Assembly: GCA_051294905.1 (NCBI GenBank)
Contig: CM119373.1
Span: 2,234,001 to 2,294,000 of the forward strand
Source: Botryllus schlosseri
Taxonomy: Eukaryota
DNA length: 60,000 bases
Direction of reading: 5' to 3'
The first letter of the stretch is position 1, and each line of letters starts with the position of its first letter. Shown here one piece after another: positions 36,230 through 48,900 of the stretch. Below the pieces are notes generated by a model that had not been told where the DNA came from, ran no database searches, and was given only the letters and a program-made list of their open reading frames with translations. The position numbers and the translations under genes were made by a program.

Positions 36230-36962
36230 ATTGGAATTAGAATATTAGCTACACAGTTGTTTCAAAAGTCTATCAGAATTAGAATTATAGCTACACAGTT
36301 ATTTCAAAATTCGATTCGAATCAGAATTATAGCTACATTTTTTTTACAAATTATACTAAAATTAGAATTAGAATTATAGCTACAGTTATTTTTACAAATT
36401 ATACTAAAATTAGAATAAGAATTATAGATACAGTTTTTTTTACAAATTATACTAAAATTAGAATTAGAATTATAGATACAGTTTTTCCCGTGCAAGACTA
36501 GAATTAGAATTATTTCTAAACAGTTTTTCCCAAATTTAATTTGAATTAGAATTATAGGAACAGTTTCTTCCAAATAAGATTAGAATTAGCAGTACTGCCA
36601 CAGTTTTATTTCAAAATTGATTTAGAATTTAAATTATAGCTATAGTTTTTTTTCAAATAAGACTGCAATTAGAATTGTGGCTAGTGGCTACACAATTTTT
36701 TTCAAATTAGATCTAATTACTGCTACAGTTTGTTTTTTCAAAATTCGTTTAGAATTAGAATTATAGCTATGACTTTTTCTTCGAATAAGACTAGAATTAG
36801 AATTGTAGTTAAACAAGTTTTTTTTCAAATTAGATCGAATTACTGCTAGTTTTTTTCAAAATTCGTTTAGAATTGAATTATAGCCAGTTTTTTTTCAAAT
36901 AAGACTAGAATTAGAATTGTAGCTACACAAGTTTTTACCAAATTTGATTAGGATTAGAATAG
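36230..36962. repeat. Degenerate ~45-bp tandem array (AATTAGAATTATAGCTACAG..)
   Basis: Repeated aattagaattatagctac units; same family inverted at 40585-41685, shorter at 21940-22090, 44930-45020, 50100-50220. Confidence 0.85.
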
Positions 36963-37455
36963 TCGGAATTTCGTTTTAATTTTCCTGCTTATACATCTGG
37001 AATTATCTTTATTGCTTATTTTAAACGACAATTATTGGCAAGCAGTACCAAGTCTGCTGGCGTAGTTCGAAGGTTGGATGGAAATTTGCTGTTGCAGACT
37101 TTTCCGAAACTAATTCCAAAACTCCATTTGTTTGCATCGATGTATTGGTTAATTCGAAAGATTGCTATAAAAACCATGAAAATCCGGACAACAAACATTA
37201 ACGTATAAGCACTAGCAGTCTATACCCAGATCCTCCACAGAAATTATCGCAAGAAGACGTGGCGGGCTAAGTACGGCGAAGAAAACGCTGTCATCAATGG
37301 CGTGGGTCCCTCTAATACTGTCAGCATACAAAATTAAATCAATGCCGTGAATAATGTAATAGCAGAGAGTAAGTTTGTGGAGTTTACGTTCATTAGCGAA
37401 TACATCCGGCCAGATACGCCGTTACCAGTCAGTTCGTAGTGTCAAACCGACTTAC

Positions 37456-37666
37456 CCATTCCTGAAACACGTTACCGCCCAGGTCCAACCTCTTCAGCAG
37501 GCACAACCGCCTGATAGACTTGGGCAGGATCTGAAGCTGGTTGTCGCGCAGTTCCAGCACGTTGAGCTGTACGAGCCGTCCAAAGTTAGCGGGCAGAAAT
37601 TCCAAGAAACAGTCGTTCAGGTAGAGCTCAGACAGTCCGACTAGTTGGGTGAAGCCGTCCGACAGT
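37456..37666 (-). CDS. ERBIN: Erbin/LRRC7-like, coding exon 4 (LRRs)
   Basis: 211 nt, phase 2-0; [45 protein letters not shown], close to Erbin/Densin ([23 protein letters not shown]). Confidence 0.95.
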
Positions 37667-38460
37667 CTGAAATTGATAACGGAATCGTAAAATCAGGTCA
37701 AACTAAACAGCGTCGGTACTCGAGCATAATTAGATCTAACGCAGTCGATATATACTCAATTATGGTAAGAAGTAGCGATAAACAAGACCTGTCAGAACTA
37801 CTTGAAGTTGTAATAGAAAATGAAAAGGTCTTACAAGAAAATCATGTAGTTCTCGAGTAAATTTTGTCGATTAATTCTATTTAGCAGATAGCAGGCCAGT
37901 AGAGGTATTGCAGGGTGCATCTTCAAGACTTGATTTGTGCAATATTTTGATTTATGCGCAGTTATCGTGACATTGAATTTTGTGCAAACTGATCTCAGAA
38001 CTACTATACTTTCCAAAATTGTATGAAATAAGTAGCATTCGCTAAGAACTGTCGACATAGAAGCGAAAACAGCCCGCGTGCATATCTACTTCGGGTAAGC
38101 GGTGCAAAAACCTACGAAAATGACGAAAACCAGCTTGAGCGCAATGAAAAAGTAAACGCACTTTGTCACTGGACCTACTCAGGTTCTAACCGTCGGATAA
38201 AACATCAGTAATTCAGAACGTAAAGCAGGTTTAGGGACTAGATCATTCTAGTTGACTAATTATACTAATTACAGCGAAATGGCGGTGCTCAAATTCTAAT
38301 CTAATTCGTGCAACGTTTCTTTGCTCTAATTCTGATTCTAATCTGACTCGTAAAATATTTCTATGCTCCAATTTTATTACTAATCAATATCCGGTTTTCC
38401 TGAAAATGTTACAGAGTAACTGCATAGTGCGAAACGATCCAAGCTTGCTGTACATGTATT

Positions 38461-38879
38461 TAGGGTTGCATTTAAAACAAACGGTGTTTACAATACAAAC
38501 ACTTTGTTCAATACTTGTTTGGAACAGTGTTTTAAACGAAGGCCTTTTTTAAAAAAAATGCGTTTTCAAGTTGCAAAATTATGCCATAATTGTGTAAATA
38601 CTTCCCAAAAACCATGTTGTATGAGCCTAAGGACAATTACCACCTGATATAGCCGACGTGTATCGATATGGGATGGTTGGAACCCTCAAAATAGTCGGTT
38701 CAACAGCAATAGTTCAGACAATTCGTCAGAGGAGCTATATTTACCCTATATATTCAATTGTCAATGTCACTCCACTAGGACGTCACAACTGAATATTCGT
38801 GACGTGACGGCTTAATCAACAAACAAACGAGCAAAAAGAAAAATGAAAAACATTGATTTTTGTTTTAAATGCAACCCTA
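38461..38879. mobile_element. hAT-type MITE
   Basis: 21-bp TIR TAGGGTTGCATTTAAAACAAA / TTTGTTTTAAATGCAACCCTA; degenerate 8-bp TSD catgtatt / catacatt. Confidence 0.8.
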
Positions 38880-39482
38880 CATACATTAATGTCATACGCA
38901 ATGAAATCACGTAACATGAAAGTATTTTGTAAAGCAAACATCGTCATCTTCCGTAAGGGCGCGAGTACCGGCAAATATCGATAGAAAAACACACTATCCA
39001 TCCCGATTTGACATTCGCCTAATCGCTAGGGGGCCGACACAATTCAATTACTGTGTTCTCATTCCTCATTCAACGCGCGTCAGAACGCTTGTCGCACAAT
39101 GGAAAAGTCAAGGGCAGCGCCGGCCGTCTGTGAAATTCTAGATAAATGGTTTGAACTCGCTAAAGACGCGGGAGAACGGAATTGAAAGGCCTATACACGA
39201 AACGATGTATCCACATTCCACATCGATATCTTTGGACTTTACGGGATAAGCATGACTCACGAATCCGGTTAATAAGTCTTTCCCGCGTGAAAGAGATTTT
39301 TCTGTCCTATACTGAATAGCTGGATACGATTTTGTATGCGTTAAAACAACAATACTCTACTAGCGGAGCCGTGACCGAGGGAGCAAGAATTTCTATTGGC
39401 CATGATATATATTGTTTGTTCCGTCATTATACATTTGCCAGAATAGAACATTGAAGCCGCCATTCATCTAGCAATCACATTT

Positions 39483-40012
39483 TAGCCACGTTGCTACAGA
39501 AAAAAAAAGTTTTTCATTCATTATATAAAAATGAATAAAAAAATTTCAAAATTTTCTGTTCACCCCACGAAATTGTTCGGTTGTCTACAGAAACGATGCT
39601 CACCAAATTTGACTAACTCCAACCACTGGAAGCGGAGTTATTACCGTCGAGAAATTTTGGATTTGAATAAAATAGTATTTACGGTGACCAATTATTTATA
39701 GTAGTTGTGCCCACCGTAAATAGTATTTTATTCGAATCCAAATTTTCCGACAACAATAACTCCGCTTCCGCTGGTTGAAATTGAACCAAATTTGGTGAGC
39801 ATCGTTTCTATAGACAACCGAACAATTTCATGGGGTGAACAGAAAATTTAAATTTTTTATATATTAAATTAAAAACTTTCTTCTACTGTAGCAATGTGGC
39901 TACTGGTAGGAATTGAACAAAATTTGGTGTGCAGGCTGCAATTAGGTAACCTAACAATTTTATCCAAGTATCCTGTAGAATTTGAGAGAAAAGGTCATTT
40001 TGAACACCCCTA
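39483..40012. mobile_element. Left-truncated copy of the TAGGG(C/G)TGTTCAAAA foldback MITE family
   Basis: Internal palindrome centred near 39700; ends TTTTGAACACCCCTA. Confidence 0.78.
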
Positions 40013-40584
40013 GTGTTGTACACCGGACTTCATTCACGATTCAGTGATATATTGCGTTAAGCATCATTACCGAATCAAACTTTAAATTGCGAAAACACGC
40101 GGCTTCACAATTGTGCGCGTGATTTATTATTTCACGCGATACGCCAACGAAAACACAACCGACACAAGATCGTTGACCCTATTCCACGACCCGACCGCGC
40201 ATACCGCTACGTCCAGTCACCAAATATACATTTCATCACGCGTTGACACTTAAAACACACTATAATAGCACCGACGTAATCGTATAAACAGAACCTAATC
40301 AAACCCGAAATAACTAAAGTCAAACGAAACGCGGCGTACACTTGGACAATATTAGATAATTCTCGTTGTCTAATTGGCCCAATTATCTTCAATTGTGATG
40401 CGTTTCATGCTCTCGCGACAATTCTTAGCTAATTTCTGGGTTTCCTAAATATGTCACAGATGAACTTGTGTAGCGTGAAGCGAGCCAAGCTTGCAGTACA
40501 GTCTTGTTTATGATTGATAGGAATAATTTTGATATGAACTGAATTTAATTCAATGTTCAAGTCTACGTGGATTCAGTAATTCCA

Positions 40585-41685
40585 ATTCTAATCTAATTTG
40601 GAAAAGCCTGTGTAGCTATAAATTTAATTCTAGTAATTTGGGGAAGAATGTGTAGCTATAATTCTAATTCTAATCTAATTATAAAAAACTATATGGCTAT
40701 ACTTCTAATTCTAGTCTAATTTGGAGAAAACTGTGTAGCTATAATTCTAATTATAGTCTACTTTGAATAAACCGGATAGCTATAATTCTAATTCCAATTC
40801 AATTTGATAAAAAACGTGTAGCTATAATTCTAATTCTAATCTAATTGGGAAAAAACTGTAGCTATAATTGTAACTGTAATACAAGTTTTTTAAAAACGAG
40901 TAGCTATAATTCTAATTCTAATTCAATTTGATAAAAAAACGTGTAGCTATAATTCAAATTCTAATCTAATTGGGAAAAGACTGTAGCTGTAATTATAACT
41001 GTAATGTAAGTTTTTTAAAAACGAGTAGCTATAATTCTAATTCTAATTCTAGTATAATTTGGAAAAAAACGTGTAGCTATAATTATAATTCTAGCCTAAT
41101 TTGGAAAAAAAACTTTTCACCTACAATCCTAATTCAAGTCTAATTTGCAAAAACTGGATAGCTATTATTGTAATTCTAATTTAATTTGATAAAAACGTGT
41201 AGCTATAATTCTAATTCTAATCTAATTTGGAAAAAAACTAGCTATAATTATAACCGTAATATAATTAAAAAGCTTGTATCTATAACTCTAATTCTAATTC
41301 TAGTATAATTTGGAAAAAAACGTGTAGCTATAATTATAATTCTAGCCTAATTTGGAAAAAATATTTTCACCTACAATTCTAATTCAAGTCTAATTTGCAA
41401 AAACTGGATAGCTATAATTGTAATTCTAATTTGATAAAAAAACGTGTAGCTATAATTCTAATTCTAATCTAATTGGGAAAAAACTGTAGCTATAATTATA
41501 ACCGTAATATAATTAAAAAACTTGTATCTATAATTCTAATTCTAGTATAATTTGGAAAAAAAACTGTGTAGCTATAATTATAATTGTTATACAATTTAAA
41601 AAAAAAACTTGTAGCTATACTTATAATTCTAGCCTAATTTGGAAAAAACTGTAGCTATAATTACAATTCTAATATAATTTGAAAT
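40585..41685. repeat. ~45-bp tandem array (TGTAGCTATAATTCTAATT..), inverted relative to 36230-36962
   Basis: More than 20 visible units with higher-order duplications. Confidence 0.9.
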
Positions 41686-41733
41686 ACTGAACATTTGGTG
41701 TTTGTCCGACTCTATCGTACATACGCCACTTAC

Positions 41734-41812
41734 CGTTCGATCGGGTTCACGCTGGCGTCGAGCACGCTCAGGCTTTTGCAGCATTTTATGCAGTCCGGAA
41801 TGTCTTCTACCA
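41734..41812 (-). CDS. ERBIN: Erbin/LRRC7-like, coding exon 3
   Basis: 79 nt, phase 1-2; VEDIPDCIKCCKSLSVLDASVNPIE (cf. IK.CK.L...ASVNPI). Confidence 0.93.
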
Positions 41813-42289
41813 CTGAAATATCGAAGAATAGCTTCAGATTTAATATCACTTCTCCGCGTATACAGCCCGCGCGCCGCGCTAAAACAGTAACTGAAATCAT
41901 GCTGACACAGTCAGCTTCTAGGTGGTGGAGTAAACGTTTAGGCAGATCTACTATAAGAATATCCAATATATACAAGCAGGCAGATAGAGAGTGTGACGGC
42001 AACTATATCCGTGAAGCGAATATCCAAGAACTTTTGAGATGTATTTTACATCACTATCTCTACTTGCAATCAAGTGCAAATCAAAGGCGTTACTCCTACT
42101 CCTACTTGAGTAGCAAAGCTGACTACTTTTGTGATCGACACCGCAAAATAGCATAACACATAAAATCAGCCGAACGATCTATCATATTCAAACGCCATTG
42201 CCACATCAACCGCGCTTTGGGAATTGGAATACGCATCGGAATACCGCGAGCATATCAATACCCGTCGAGCAGCGAATTTATACGCTCAC

Positions 42290-42407
42290 CGTTCTTCGAT
42301 ATATCGAGATACTTCAAGTTGGAGAGGCCAGCCAGCGAGGCCGGCAGAGCGCCCAAGTCGTTGTCGCTGGCGGTGAGATATTCGAGGCTGCTGCACGAGA
42401 AGAGCGA
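42290..42407 (-). CDS. ERBIN: Erbin/LRRC7-like, coding exon 2
   Basis: 118 nt, phase 0-1; SLFSCSSLEYLTASDNDLGALPASLAGLSNLKYLDISKN. Confidence 0.93.
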
Positions 42408-43930
42408 CTGCGAAAAAGAACACGAAAGGTTACGCTTAAGTCAGACTTATTCCGTACAAACTAATCAATTTTCAAAAATCGCAACTAGAACTACAACAAG
42501 AACCACTTAAGTAGCCTATTTTTAGAAATTTGCAACTGAGTAACTAACTACTAAAACGCCACCAATTAACGACCGATCATACTCGCAAACGAGCGGAGAA
42601 ATATTGGAGATAGAATCGGCATTTAAAAATGACGGGGTTTCAAGTTTGTGAAGGAAGGGGTTCCTGCCCCCAAAACCCGCCCTCTGGCTACGACACTATA
42701 TAGTAGGGATGACTCAGAGCTAGCGATGGACGCGACAACATTACACAACAGAACTTGGGTTTCACGATCCGCGCCATAATACAACACCTGAACACCTGAC
42801 TAGATTATTTTTTGAAAAGTTCAACTAGAACTAGAACTACACAATTTTCAAAATACGCAACTAGAATTAGAACTACTCTCTTTTCAAAATTGGCTAGAAC
42901 TAAAACTACTCGAAGAACAGTAGTTACTTGAACGCCAACTAATTATATTGTTGTGCACAAGTCTGTTTCAAGCACAGAGTCTTGACCCGAGACGCTGTGC
43001 GGTAACCTACCACGGATCTAAGGCGATCGAGGTTAATTAGAAGCATTCCCGGAGGGATTACGCCATTCACGAATACAACCGCGTTTCCGCGAGACGACAG
43101 CGTAAACTATGTTACTGCTACGAATATCACATGGACATACCATGAATTTGAATATGGATGTTCCGTTAAAGATTCAGTAAATGCAAACACGGCATCTATT
43201 CTAGACACAAGGCGCACACCACACAGCGAGTATTACTCAGTGCGGCGTCGTAACGGTATGGGTGATTCCGAAAGTCAAAACATATACTTTTTATGCGACC
43301 ACAAAAACATTACGCGACTTCCACGCAACATTCAAGATATTATTTGTTATTTGGAATCGAGTGCTGGAATCATTTCATCCATCCCTGGTATTGAGTACGC
43401 TAAACGGGGCCCACGATATTCAATACCATGGCCAAGGCTAAACTAAACTATCACAACTCTCAAAGGCTATACCATTCGCACTTTATGCAGATAGATTCAA
43501 GCAACACAACTGTGCTGCACACTGCGTGCACACTGCACAGTGCACAGCTTTCGCGTTGTACACTGGCGTGCAGCGTGATAATATAACTTACAAACAATGG
43601 ACTCAACTTGTACACATTGCTGTTCTGGAATTGCTCACAGCCGAAGACAGGCATGACATTTCAGGATAAAAATAGTCCTGCAGCGGGATAACGGCTTTAG
43701 AAACTCGCGATTGGGATCAGATTACGCTTCATCCCGCCAATGCCGGGTATATCCGCGCATTAGTATAGAATGAGATAATTCTAGTTGCGTAATTAGACTT
43801 AATATAGACCGAGATACTGGTAAGGGGTAATATCATCTCCGATGTTGCTATGCACGAATTTTAATTCTAATCTAACCAATGTTATTGTTGAGGACTGTGT
43901 CGTGCAAAAAGAACCCAACATGCTGTATAC

Positions 43931-44376
43931 TAGGGGTGTTCAAATATGACTTTTCCTCAAATTGTAGGCTACACGATAACATTCTTAGGTGACCCAAATA
44001 AAGGCTGCACACCAATTTGGTGCAATTCCAACCCATAGAGGCATTGCTATAAGAGAAAAAAAGTTCTGGATTTGTTTAATATAAATGACTATAATTTTTT
44101 TTTTTATTTTACTGGCTACCCTATGAAATTGTTAGGTTGCACAACGAATTTGACTCAATTCAAAATAGTTGAAAAAAAGTTATTGATGTTTGAAATTTAA
44201 TATTTTACATCATAGTATATTCGGTGGGTAGACCTATAATAAATAATGTCATTAAATATTCATCTTATAGCAATGTCACTAAATGTTGGAATTGAGCTAA
44301 AATTGACGCGCGTTTTTTTAGGTAACCTAGCAATTTTATCAAGTAACCAGTACAGTTTTTCAAAAAAGTCATTTTT
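43931..44376. mobile_element. Diverged copy of the TAGGGGTGTTCAAA foldback MITE family
   Basis: Starts TAGGGGTGTTCAAATATGAC; right arm ..aagtaaccagtac..aaaagtcattttt. Confidence 0.7.
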
Positions 44377-44553
44377 TATTTAATTCAATTTCCAAGTCTC
44401 GCGAATTCAGTTGATTCTAATGCTAATCTAATTAGGAAAAAGATTATAGTTTTACATGGACGCATACACTTTGGAGGATAAAACTTGACGCGCGGAATTA
44501 ACATAGTGGAGCAGAGCATATATGTGTATGCAGTTTCTAATAACATCCGTTAC

Positions 44554-44709
44554 CTTCGGCAAGTCCGACAGTGTGTTGGAATCGAGTTGGAGATGGGTGA
44601 GGCTTTGCGCGAACTGAAAAATCTCTTGCGGCACCTGCTTCAGGTTGCAGTTGCGAAAATCGAGGTCGGTCACGTGATCGACCTGCTCCCCGTTCTGACA
44701 CAGACACAT
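44554..44709 (-). CDS. ERBIN: Erbin/LRRC7-like, first identified coding exon
   Basis: Acceptor ctttgcag at 44712-44713, ATG two bases into the exon; MCLCQNGEQVDHVTDLDFRNCNLKQVPQEIFQFAQSLTHLQLDSNTLSDLPK|gtaacg, like the Erbin N-terminus (C.C..GE..V..LD...C.L.QVP.EIF). All 15 exons join in phase to 5454 nt (1817 aa plus stop). The true start could lie in an upstream exon. Confidence 0.9.
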
Positions 44710-45770
44710 ACCTGCAAAGTGAGAAGAATGTCAATGAATTACTATAATAGGAAATTTGTCTTGGCTCTAATTTTAACTCTATAAACTAATTCTAGTTTTC
44801 ACGAAAATGCTACAGAACAGAACTGTATAGTGCGACACGAGACAGGCTTGTTGTCCAGACTTTTGTCATTATCATGCTTTTATAAGAATGAAGACTCGAT
44901 GTCCAAGTTTTCGCTAATCCAGTATTTCTAATTGTAATCTAATTTAAAAAATACTGTGTAGCTATAACTCTAACTTTAGCACAATTGGAAAAACAAACTG
45001 GATACCTGTAGCTGTAACTATAATTTAACCTAGAAGAGCTCAAAATTTTATATTGTTACAAACAAGCCTGCACACAACCGCCCTAACGTTGTCATCTTGG
45101 ACTTCGCGTGAGATATGGCTGGTTTTTTAATGATCGATCGCGTGAGATATGGCAGGTTTTTTAATGATCGATATCAGTTGACACTTGACAGATAGGTGGC
45201 GTATCAAGGGTTGTTCATAGTGAAATTGTGAGGTGGGCAAGGGTGAAGGCTTTAAAAACACCCTTTACGGCCAACATGTGGTGAGTAAATGAGATTTACG
45301 CCAAGAAAGACAACGGAACAAACTTGTACTGGCAATATCTGGCAACATACATTATACAATCACAGGCAAACAGGCGTGACGTGCAAGTACAAGCAATCGT
45401 TTACCGCCACTATAACATAAGAATTCCAAACGACGGACTTCACAGCCACCGAGAGTAATTCGGTAATTGAGCGTGTCATAGTTTACTAATTACGATACGA
45501 TTTTGATAGAGCCGTCAATCGTTAAGTACACTCATTCCATCGCGACATGTTCGACGCGTCCCTTTTCTCCCAACGGACGCGGTTTCGAAATCATCGGTCA
45601 AGTACATAATGAAGGGGATGTACGCTGGGAGACACATATTGGCGATTCAGAAGGCCCGTGTTATGACAAGCGCTTTCACAAGACGATTCATCGCGGAAAA
45701 TCCAAATCATACGAAGTAGATAGGTATACACAAATTGGCCAGGGCGTGTGAGCAATCTGATCACTTGAAG

Positions 45771-45905
45771 AGCTTCTTGGGGGTACAGGACCTCAATATA
45801 CAATTGAATAATATATTCATGTTGAAACAAACCCGGATATTTTCGGCTGACACTCACCGGGGGTAATCGTCAGCAACTAGCAGAGAATTGGAAAGAACAT
45901 TGTAT
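45771..45905 (-). mobile_element. Hammerhead-bearing short retro-repeat, copy 3 (core mutated)
   Basis: Minus strand GCTGACGATTACCC-CCGGTGA-G-TGTCAGC-C-GAAA-ATAT-C-C-GGGT plus shared flanks. Confidence 0.75.
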
Positions 45906-48900
45906 AATGTACACGATTGTTCAATAACAATATATTATCCAATATGATCAATACGAGACACGATTGTCTAGGTATCAAACATCATCGTAGCAGCCAAGTG
46001 ATGAAGATATATTTGATGTGAGGACGCAATATTCTGTAAGAGTGACATAAAACCATATAATGACCCGTTGATAACGCTCTCCCTGCGCTGCTAAGTCATA
46101 CTAAATACCCGCGATTTTCCATGGTACTACGATCGTACAATCACACGATGATATCTGCTATATAAATGTCACAAATATCGTTGTTATTTCACGTATTACG
46201 TATTACACGTATTGAAAATACTACAAGGCAAGGATCATTCTCTTGAACATTTACGTATAATAAGGAGATAATGGTTGAGCAGAACCACCAGTCAGAAGAA
46301 TCCAATCAAAAACCACCATGCCTGCATCAAGAGTCGAATTACCGTTAATACACAGCTACTTGCGCAACTAATTGAATCAGGTCTACAAGTGTAACTGAAT
46401 ATTTATGAATCCGCGCTTGTAGGAACATAGGAAACATGACATTATGATTGTAATATGCTCTTTCCCAGATTACCGCTACGCCGTGACCCCTGTGAAACGC
46501 GTAATACATAGTCTGCATGATCAGATATAGCCTACGCGCCACGAGAATACACAATATATTTTCGTTCAATTTGCCCCTGATAATTCCTTATATTCCTCTT
46601 GTACGCTATGAATTATTCACTACGAATATGAGCTACTAACATTCGAAATCAATAGCGTCTTCGAGGAATAAACTTAACTCGCCAACCCGGCCAAGTTGAG
46701 CAAACGGGCGCATCGTCCAAACAGCATTCGATCGATATATGAGCTCAGCACAGCTCCAGCACGTTTGAAACGAGCGCAGATACAATCACCATCAATAACC
46801 CCACTACGCACTGCCGCGTGTGTACCGTAACGACGATTGTTATAATAACAGTATTGGGTCCCACGAGAAATGAATGTCGCTTCGACATACCCGACAAATT
46901 ATTATCGGAACACGATAGTAGGGCAGGCAGATTTACAAAAAATACTGGCTATAGAACAAACAATCGTCATATACAAACATCGGTCCGAAAACGGCTGCGC
47001 AGGCTCAAAGGCGTTCATGAATTTTTCATGAGGCGCGCGCCGAAGAATTCCACCGATCAAAATAAGTCTTTAATGGAGCAATAGGCATTTATTTACACTC
47101 GCAGACCCGATGTAAGTGTATATTTGCACCGAGGTGGTTCCGTATTCTTTCAGTATCAATGCACTATTGGTCCAAATACATAATAGATAGAACATGGGTT
47201 CTAAACCTGGGGTCCACAAAGCATTTTCAAGGAGTTCGAGAAACCTCCAAATTAGTTAAATGGTTAATAACATAATTTGTATTTTTTTAAATCAGAGAAA
47301 TCACGAAGCAATTTCGCTGCTAAAACTTCAAACTCACGTCAACAGAATGGTCGTCTGTGATGAAATATTCTACTGATATCAGCACATGCTGTTTAGAGAT
47401 GTTTTATTGGTGTTTTGGAAAGATTTGTTAGCAAAAATTGATTTTTTTTTCCTGTGATATACATAAGATAACCGCTATTCCAGAATAACTCCATGAGCTG
47501 CTCGATAGATATGACTAAAATGGGCGTTTTATATGTTCACCGAAAATCTGTTCCTCAATTTCTGTGCCATATCTGTTGCGGTCATACCCAAGGGTGTCGT
47601 TGGGAGCGTTACGCGTCATTATTACCTTCCCCACCGCGTGAATAGATTTTCGACATTCGTTCATGTCAAATCGACGGCGCGGATTTTCAAGAAATGACCG
47701 CGTATTTCGAGAAACGCAGCTGCAAGAATCGCTTTGAAATATTAAAAGTCTTCCCAATTTCTACATGAATAACATGACGTTGACCAACTCTGAGTCTCTG
47801 ACCATGTACGTTTGCAATCTTAACGCTGCATAAGCTTCAGGATGTGATTACAGCCCTAAGGCGTCAACACACGCCATTGGACGAAAGCCATTGACGGCAA
47901 CAATAACTAATCACGCGCAGTGAAACTGATCATCAATGTCTACGAACAAGATGTGATAAACACTGGATGCCTCGGTGGTATCCCAGCACACGAAAGACAT
48001 AGTAGGCCTACAAAGCTTCGCACGTTATTGAAATTTACATAATATCCGTGTATTCGTGATCGACCCACAACATTGTCACATATCGTATAGAGCCGGCATT
48101 TAATTCCTTGTGGCACGATAAAGGTGCATATTTGAACTACCAACCTCTTTTATACAGTTATGACGACATCCCCGAATATTCACTGACTCGAAGACTAATA
48201 CCCACTCACTCAGGCACTCGATTTCACCCACCCCTATCCGCGACTATCAAAGCAAAAATATGTAACCCAGTAACCTGACTAACACTAATACGGTCGGCCG
48301 TTACCGGTTAAAACCCCATCAGGATGTAGCAGATTACCGAACGCGCCAAGTTTATCCCATGACGAAACCGCCCCATGCCAAGTCGTGGTGACGTTGCGCG
48401 GTCGCAATTCCATTTGGAATATCGATGAACATACTGCACTAATATGACAAAGGCCTGCTGGGATTGGGCAATATTACGGAAAATAGCACAGCCTCAAGGA
48501 CACGGAATCACCAAACTGGAGGTTGAACAACCAATAATTCATAATCACAAGCCCCCTCAAAGTTAAGCGAAAATGATTTTTTACTGGGATATCGTAATAT
48601 ACAGACTTCTGGAGGTATAAAACTTCAATATTACAGAAAATAATACATTGATATAAAGCTGCAACAGCCGATCTTCTGTCGCTAGAAACAACATCTCTAT
48701 CATCTATGCGCTGGGAATATTTAATTCATGTTGTGTTGTTATTCAGATAATTATGTAGACAAATTTTTCTCAGGTATACCATAACTATGAGTAGTTATGT
48801 TGTCTGCTAGCGTGTGTGATCACATGTCGTTTTTACCACACAAACAGCAATTTCGATTTTGGTTAACCGCATTTAGTGAATGACGTCTGCTCGTGAGTAG

